From an uncultured bacterium (GTDB taxonomy: Bacteria > Oederibacteriota > Muellerivitia > Muellerivitales > Muellerivitaceae): DNA of 64,000 nucleotides. The stretch lies in NCBI GenBank assembly GCA_964525605.1, contig CAZGKT010000001.1:133153-197152 (forward strand), read 5' to 3'. A program made the translations under genes and the position numbers. Position 1 is the first letter of the stretch. Each line of letters opens with the position of its first letter. The notes below the pieces were generated by a model. The model saw only the letters and a list, made by a program, of their open reading frames with translations, did not search any database and was not told where the DNA came from. Positions 61,133 to 64,000 of this stretch are shown here, piece by piece.

Positions 61133-61783
61133 TCATAAAACAAAGTTTTTGAGGTTGGCTTTGAGGTTTTGAGCCATCGATTCGGGGTTCTCGGCTTCCA
61201 TCAAGCACCGGACAACCGAGACCCGGGTGGCCCCTGACTGGAGTACAGAATTAAGATTGCTAAGGTCAATCCCGCCGATGGCGAAAAAGGGAATGGAAAG
61301 ATTCATTCCCGTTACTTCTGTGACGAATGAAAGACCCGCCGCCGGACGGCCTTGTTTGGTGGGGGTAGCGAAGATCGGGCCCACACCGATATAGTCCGCG
61401 CCTTCGGTGACGGCCCTTTTGGCCTGGTCCGGATCGTGGGTGGAGAGTCCGACGATCTTGCCTTCCCCGATCACGGTCCTGGCCGCGAAAACCGGCAGGT
61501 CTTCCTGGCCCACGTGAACCCCATCCGCCCCGGAAAGAAAGGCGATATCGGGCCGGTTATTGACGATGAAAAGAGCATCGTACTTAATGGTCAGGTTACG
61601 AAGTTGGCAGGCCATCTCCAGCAAGATCTCATCCGGGACTTCATAGTTACGCAGTTGAACAATATCCACACCGCCCTTCAAGGCCGCTTCCACCGTTGTC
61701 AGGAGGGGCCGTCCACCCGGCTTTTCTGGGCTAGTGACGAGGTAAAGCCTGGCGGTTAAAAGTCGTTCTTGCAGGGTGTTCAT
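61133..61783 (-). CDS. thiE: thiamine-phosphate synthase
   Basis: 216 aa TIM barrel: 'VDIVQLRNYEVPD', 'DGVHVGQEDL', 'YIGVGPIFATPTK'. Confidence 0.85.
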   Translation of the reverse strand: MNTLQERLLTARLYLVTSPEKPGGRPLLTTVEAALKGGVDIVQLRNYEVPDEILLEMACQLRNLTIKYDALFIVNNRPDIAFLSGADGVHVGQEDLPVFAARTVIGEGKIVGLSTHDPDQAKRAVTEGADYIGVGPIFATPTKQGRPAAGLSFVTEVTGMNLSIPFFAIGGIDLSNLNSVLQSGATRVSVVRCLMEAENPESMAQNLKANLKNFVL

Positions 61784-61832
61784 AAAATATTAGTCTCTTT
61801 CCAAATTTGGCCGATGGAAATCAAAAAAGGCC

Positions 61833-61894
61833 AACACGAACATCGAACGGAGATCGCCACGTCGGCAAACGCCCCGATTGGGGCGCCTCCTCGC
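61833..61894 (+). repeat. 62-bp conserved intergenic element, copy 2 (between thiG stop and thiE start)
   Basis: Matches 57124-57185 at 59/62 positions. The downstream 17-bp segment 'ctcctcgcgataaaaga' pairs with 'tcttttatcggggaggag' at 61961-61979. Confidence 0.5.
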
Positions 61895-61953
61895 GATAAA
61901 AGACAACAAAAATCTTTACTCCGCGTCTTCGCGGTGAAATCTTTTTTTCAGCA

Positions 61954-62754
61954 TTAAAAATCTTTTATCGGGGAGGAGGCCTGCGCATAAAGTTTTTTGG
62001 GGATGCGGCCAGCCAGGTAAGAGAGTCGGCCAGCTTCGGTGGCGTTCTTCATGGCGTAGGCCATCTTCAAAGGGTCTTTCGCGTGGGCGATGGCGGTGTT
62101 CAAGAGGACGGCCTGCACGCCCAGCTCCATGGCCACAGCCACATCCGAGGCCGAACCAACCCCAGCGTCAATCAAGACCGGGCATTTGAGCCTTTCCAGG
62201 ATGATACGGATGTTGTTGGGGTTGAGGACTCCCTGCCCCGAGCCGATAGGTGACCCCGCCGGCATGACCGCGTGAGCGCCCGCTTGTTCCAGCTTCTGGG
62301 CCATGACAGGGTCGTCGGACGTGTAGCACATGACGGTGAAGCCTTCCTTCACCAATATCTGGGTGGCTTCCAGCGTGGCGATCGGGTCGGGCAAAAGGGT
62401 CTTTTCGTCGAAGAGCACTTCCAGCTTCACGAAGTCGGAAATTCCGGAAGCGCGCGACAAGTGCGCCACCCGGATAGCCTCCTCGGCATTGAAACAGCCG
62501 GCCGTGTTGGGAAGCAGGGTGTATTTCTTGAGGTCAATGAAATCGAGCAGGTTCTTCTCGTTCTTCTTGTCGAGGGGAATGCGGCGCAGGGCCACCGTAA
62601 CGATCTGGGTTCCGGAGGCTTCCAGGCACTCGGCCATGAGCTCATGGGTGGCGTACTTCCCCGTCCCCACCAACAGGCGGGAGGTGAAATTCTTTCCATT
62701 GATGGTCCAGCTATCCTGGGATTTGATCTGTTCCAATGTTTGAGTCATGGTCAT
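61954..62754 (-). CDS. thiG: thiazole synthase
   Basis: 266 aa: '[32 protein letters not shown]', '[13 protein letters not shown]', '[19 protein letters not shown]'. 4-nt overlap with thiS. Confidence 0.9.
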   Translation of the reverse strand: MTMTQTLEQIKSQDSWTINGKNFTSRLLVGTGKYATHELMAECLEASGTQIVTVALRRIPLDKKNEKNLLDFIDLKKYTLLPNTAGCFNAEEAIRVAHLSRASGISDFVKLEVLFDEKTLLPDPIATLEATQILVKEGFTVMCYTSDDPVMAQKLEQAGAHAVMPAGSPIGSGQGVLNPNNIRIILERLKCPVLIDAGVGSASDVAVAMELGVQAVLLNTAIAHAKDPLKMAYAMKNATEAGRLSYLAGRIPKKLYAQASSPIKDF

Positions 62755-62972
62755 CCACCCCCGACAAATTGAATAAGCTCGATTTGATCGCCCTCGGCAA
62801 GTTTCAAGTCCGCCCGATCGATAGGCTGGATGATCTTACGGTTTACTTCAGCCACAACGGCTTCCTTCTTGATTCCCAATTGAAGGATCAAGGCTTCCAG
62901 TCCCAGGCCATCGGAAAACTCTCGGATCTCCCCATTGACGAGCAATTTCAAAAAACACCTCGATCCAACCAT
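62751..62972 (-). CDS. thiS: sulfur-carrier protein ThiS (ubiquitin-like, C-terminal GG)
   Basis: '[12 protein letters not shown]....[16 protein letters not shown]': ThiS/MoaD fold with the terminal Gly-Gly. The true start is probably internal (~66 aa). Confidence 0.7.
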   Translation of the reverse strand: MVGSRCFLKLLVNGEIREFSDGLGLEALILQLGIKKEAVVAEVNRKIIQPIDRADLKLAEGDQIELIQFVGGG

Positions 62973-63014
62973 TTAATTTTCGAGTGGTTATATTTATTTA
63001 ATTGTCGGAGGTTT

Positions 63015-63422
63015 TCAAGACCGGCTTTTGAGCTGGCGGAGAATCTCGAGGGCCTTCGCTTCCAATTCGTTTTCCTCGGCGCTATTTTCGATTTCCAACA
63101 GATGATTCAGGGCAATTCGCATGAGTTGGCTGGGAGAAAGCTGGGTATCCCGGCCGTGAATTTCCTCCAAAGCCTTCAGCTGGAGGAGGGTCAGTTTCGC
63201 GCTTTTGCGTTTTCCCTCAAACTTTGTGCGTTTTTGTCCAGGAGTTTGGGCGGCCTTTTTCTTCATGGCTGTAAGCCTGTCGGTGGTCCGCTCGACATTG
63301 GTTTTCTGGTGGAAAAAGGTTTTTTCGGCCGAATCCTTGGATTCCTGCTCTTTGCGAAGACGTAATTGCTCAAGCCGTTGGATTTGCTTTTCCGCCTCGG
63401 TCAAGTGCTTTTCTTCACTCAT
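63015..63422 (-). CDS. hypothetical basic coiled-coil protein
   Basis: 135 aa, Lys/Glu/Gln-rich helical sequence. No motif recognised. Confidence 0.4.
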   Translation of the reverse strand: MSEEKHLTEAEKQIQRLEQLRLRKEQESKDSAEKTFFHQKTNVERTTDRLTAMKKKAAQTPGQKRTKFEGKRKSAKLTLLQLKALEEIHGRDTQLSPSQLMRIALNHLLEIENSAEENELEAKALEILRQLKSRS

Positions 63423-63578
63423 GAGTCAGCGCCTCCTGAAGATTCCGGCTGATAAACAACTTCCATAACAATAGATGATAACTCCCGCCAATGATTCCGG
63501 CAAACATCCCTTTGGCAAAAAAAATAGGGTTTTATTAGGAAGATCCGGATCATAAGACAAGAATAAAATTTCCATCTA

Positions 63579-63959
63579 TTAGGGACTAAACGGATGGATC
63601 ACCGAGGGAGTTCCATTCAAAGCCGACTTATAAAAGTAGATTTCCGATTCTCCCGGTTTTCCGTCAGCCCTCAAGGTCAACCTTGCCGCTCCCATCTCAG
63701 GAACCTCAAAATCGGTCTCAATGGAAATATCAGAAATGACGCTGACATCTTCATCTCCTCCACTCAAGCTGATCCGCGGGTGCAGGTAACGGTCCCCCGT
63801 GTTCACGATGAAGAGATTCACCGTCCGAGTGGACTCTTCCTCAGAAGCGAAAACATAAAGATTCGACATGCGAGTCTGGGCCGATAACACCTTGCCTTTC
63901 AAATGGGGGGCCATCATTTTCATCGCCCAGTAAAGCGGCCCCGGAACACCGGAAACCAT
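63579..63959 (-). CDS. hypothetical protein (may extend upstream beyond the window end)
   Basis: 126-aa ORF with a plausible beta-rich composition. No motif recognised. Confidence 0.3.
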   Translation of the reverse strand: MVSGVPGPLYWAMKMMAPHLKGKVLSAQTRMSNLYVFASEEESTRTVNLFIVNTGDRYLHPRISLSGGDEDVSVISDISIETDFEVPEMGAARLTLRADGKPGESEIYFYKSALNGTPSVIHPFSP

Positions 63960-64000
63960 CGCATCCAGGGCAGGGTTGCCGGATAAAGTTGAAAAATGAA

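Noticed and set aside
62973-63120. Looked for a TPP riboswitch upstream of thiS-thiG-thiE
   Set aside because: Could not recognise the conserved CUGAGA / ACCUGAUCUGGAUAAUGCCAGCG-type blocks on the minus strand. The region is largely occupied by a possible 135-aa ORF. Absence is not proven without a covariance-model scan (Rfam RF00059).

Overview
This 64-kb window comes from a diderm (Gram-negative) bacterium with moderate GC (roughly 45-50%); it carries lptD and an LptF/G-family permease. Most genes are on the minus strand.

Housekeeping content:
- A complete rRNA operon on the minus strand (16S, tRNA-Ile(GAT), tRNA-Ala(TGC), 23S, 5S at about 33.9-39.3 kb) and a tRNA-Leu(GAG).
- uvrA, the def-fmt-rsmB operon, thiS-thiG-thiE, and korAB (2-oxoacid:ferredoxin oxidoreductase).
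- A Crp/Fnr regulator, a polyprenyl diphosphate synthase, two Opp/Dpp-type ABC ATPases, and a B12-binding radical SAM enzyme.

The stand-out region is about 15.5-28.6 kb plus the convergent gene at 13.0-15.5 kb:
- It is a co-directional gene array encoding several very large polytopic GT-C-type membrane proteins, with two Dpm1-like polyprenyl-phosphate sugar synthases (GT2) and two membrane-anchored NHL beta-propeller proteins.
- One paralog pair of membrane proteins is a TIGR03663/PMT-like protein with an N-terminal zinc ribbon and a DUF2298 'YYY' protein with an internal zinc ribbon.
- A 2053-aa giant appears to fuse both of those modules through a Pro-rich linker.
- Two further GT-C-like membrane proteins lie elsewhere in the window (a DUF2723/TMEM260-like protein at 31.7 kb and a 759-aa protein at 45.4 kb).
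- I read this as a candidate lipid-linked-sugar-dependent periplasmic protein glycosylation (O-mannosylation-like) system. Plausible substrates in the same window are a secreted LPPLPG-repeat proline-rich protein and a Thr/Pro-rich mucin-like protein with a T9SS-type C-terminal sorting domain.

Other notable items:
- A putative bacterial sphingolipid/ceramide cluster (SPT homolog, epimerase/dehydratase-family reductase and GNAT-like acyltransferase).
- An RsmB with a ~260-aa KPKGPY-repeat N-terminal extension.
- A 62-bp intergenic element present twice, a long inverted repeat in the def-fmt spacer, and two FadL/PorV-family outer-membrane paralogs.

No CRISPR arrays or obvious mobile elements were seen. 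All functional calls are from motif recognition by eye; none has been confirmed by a search.
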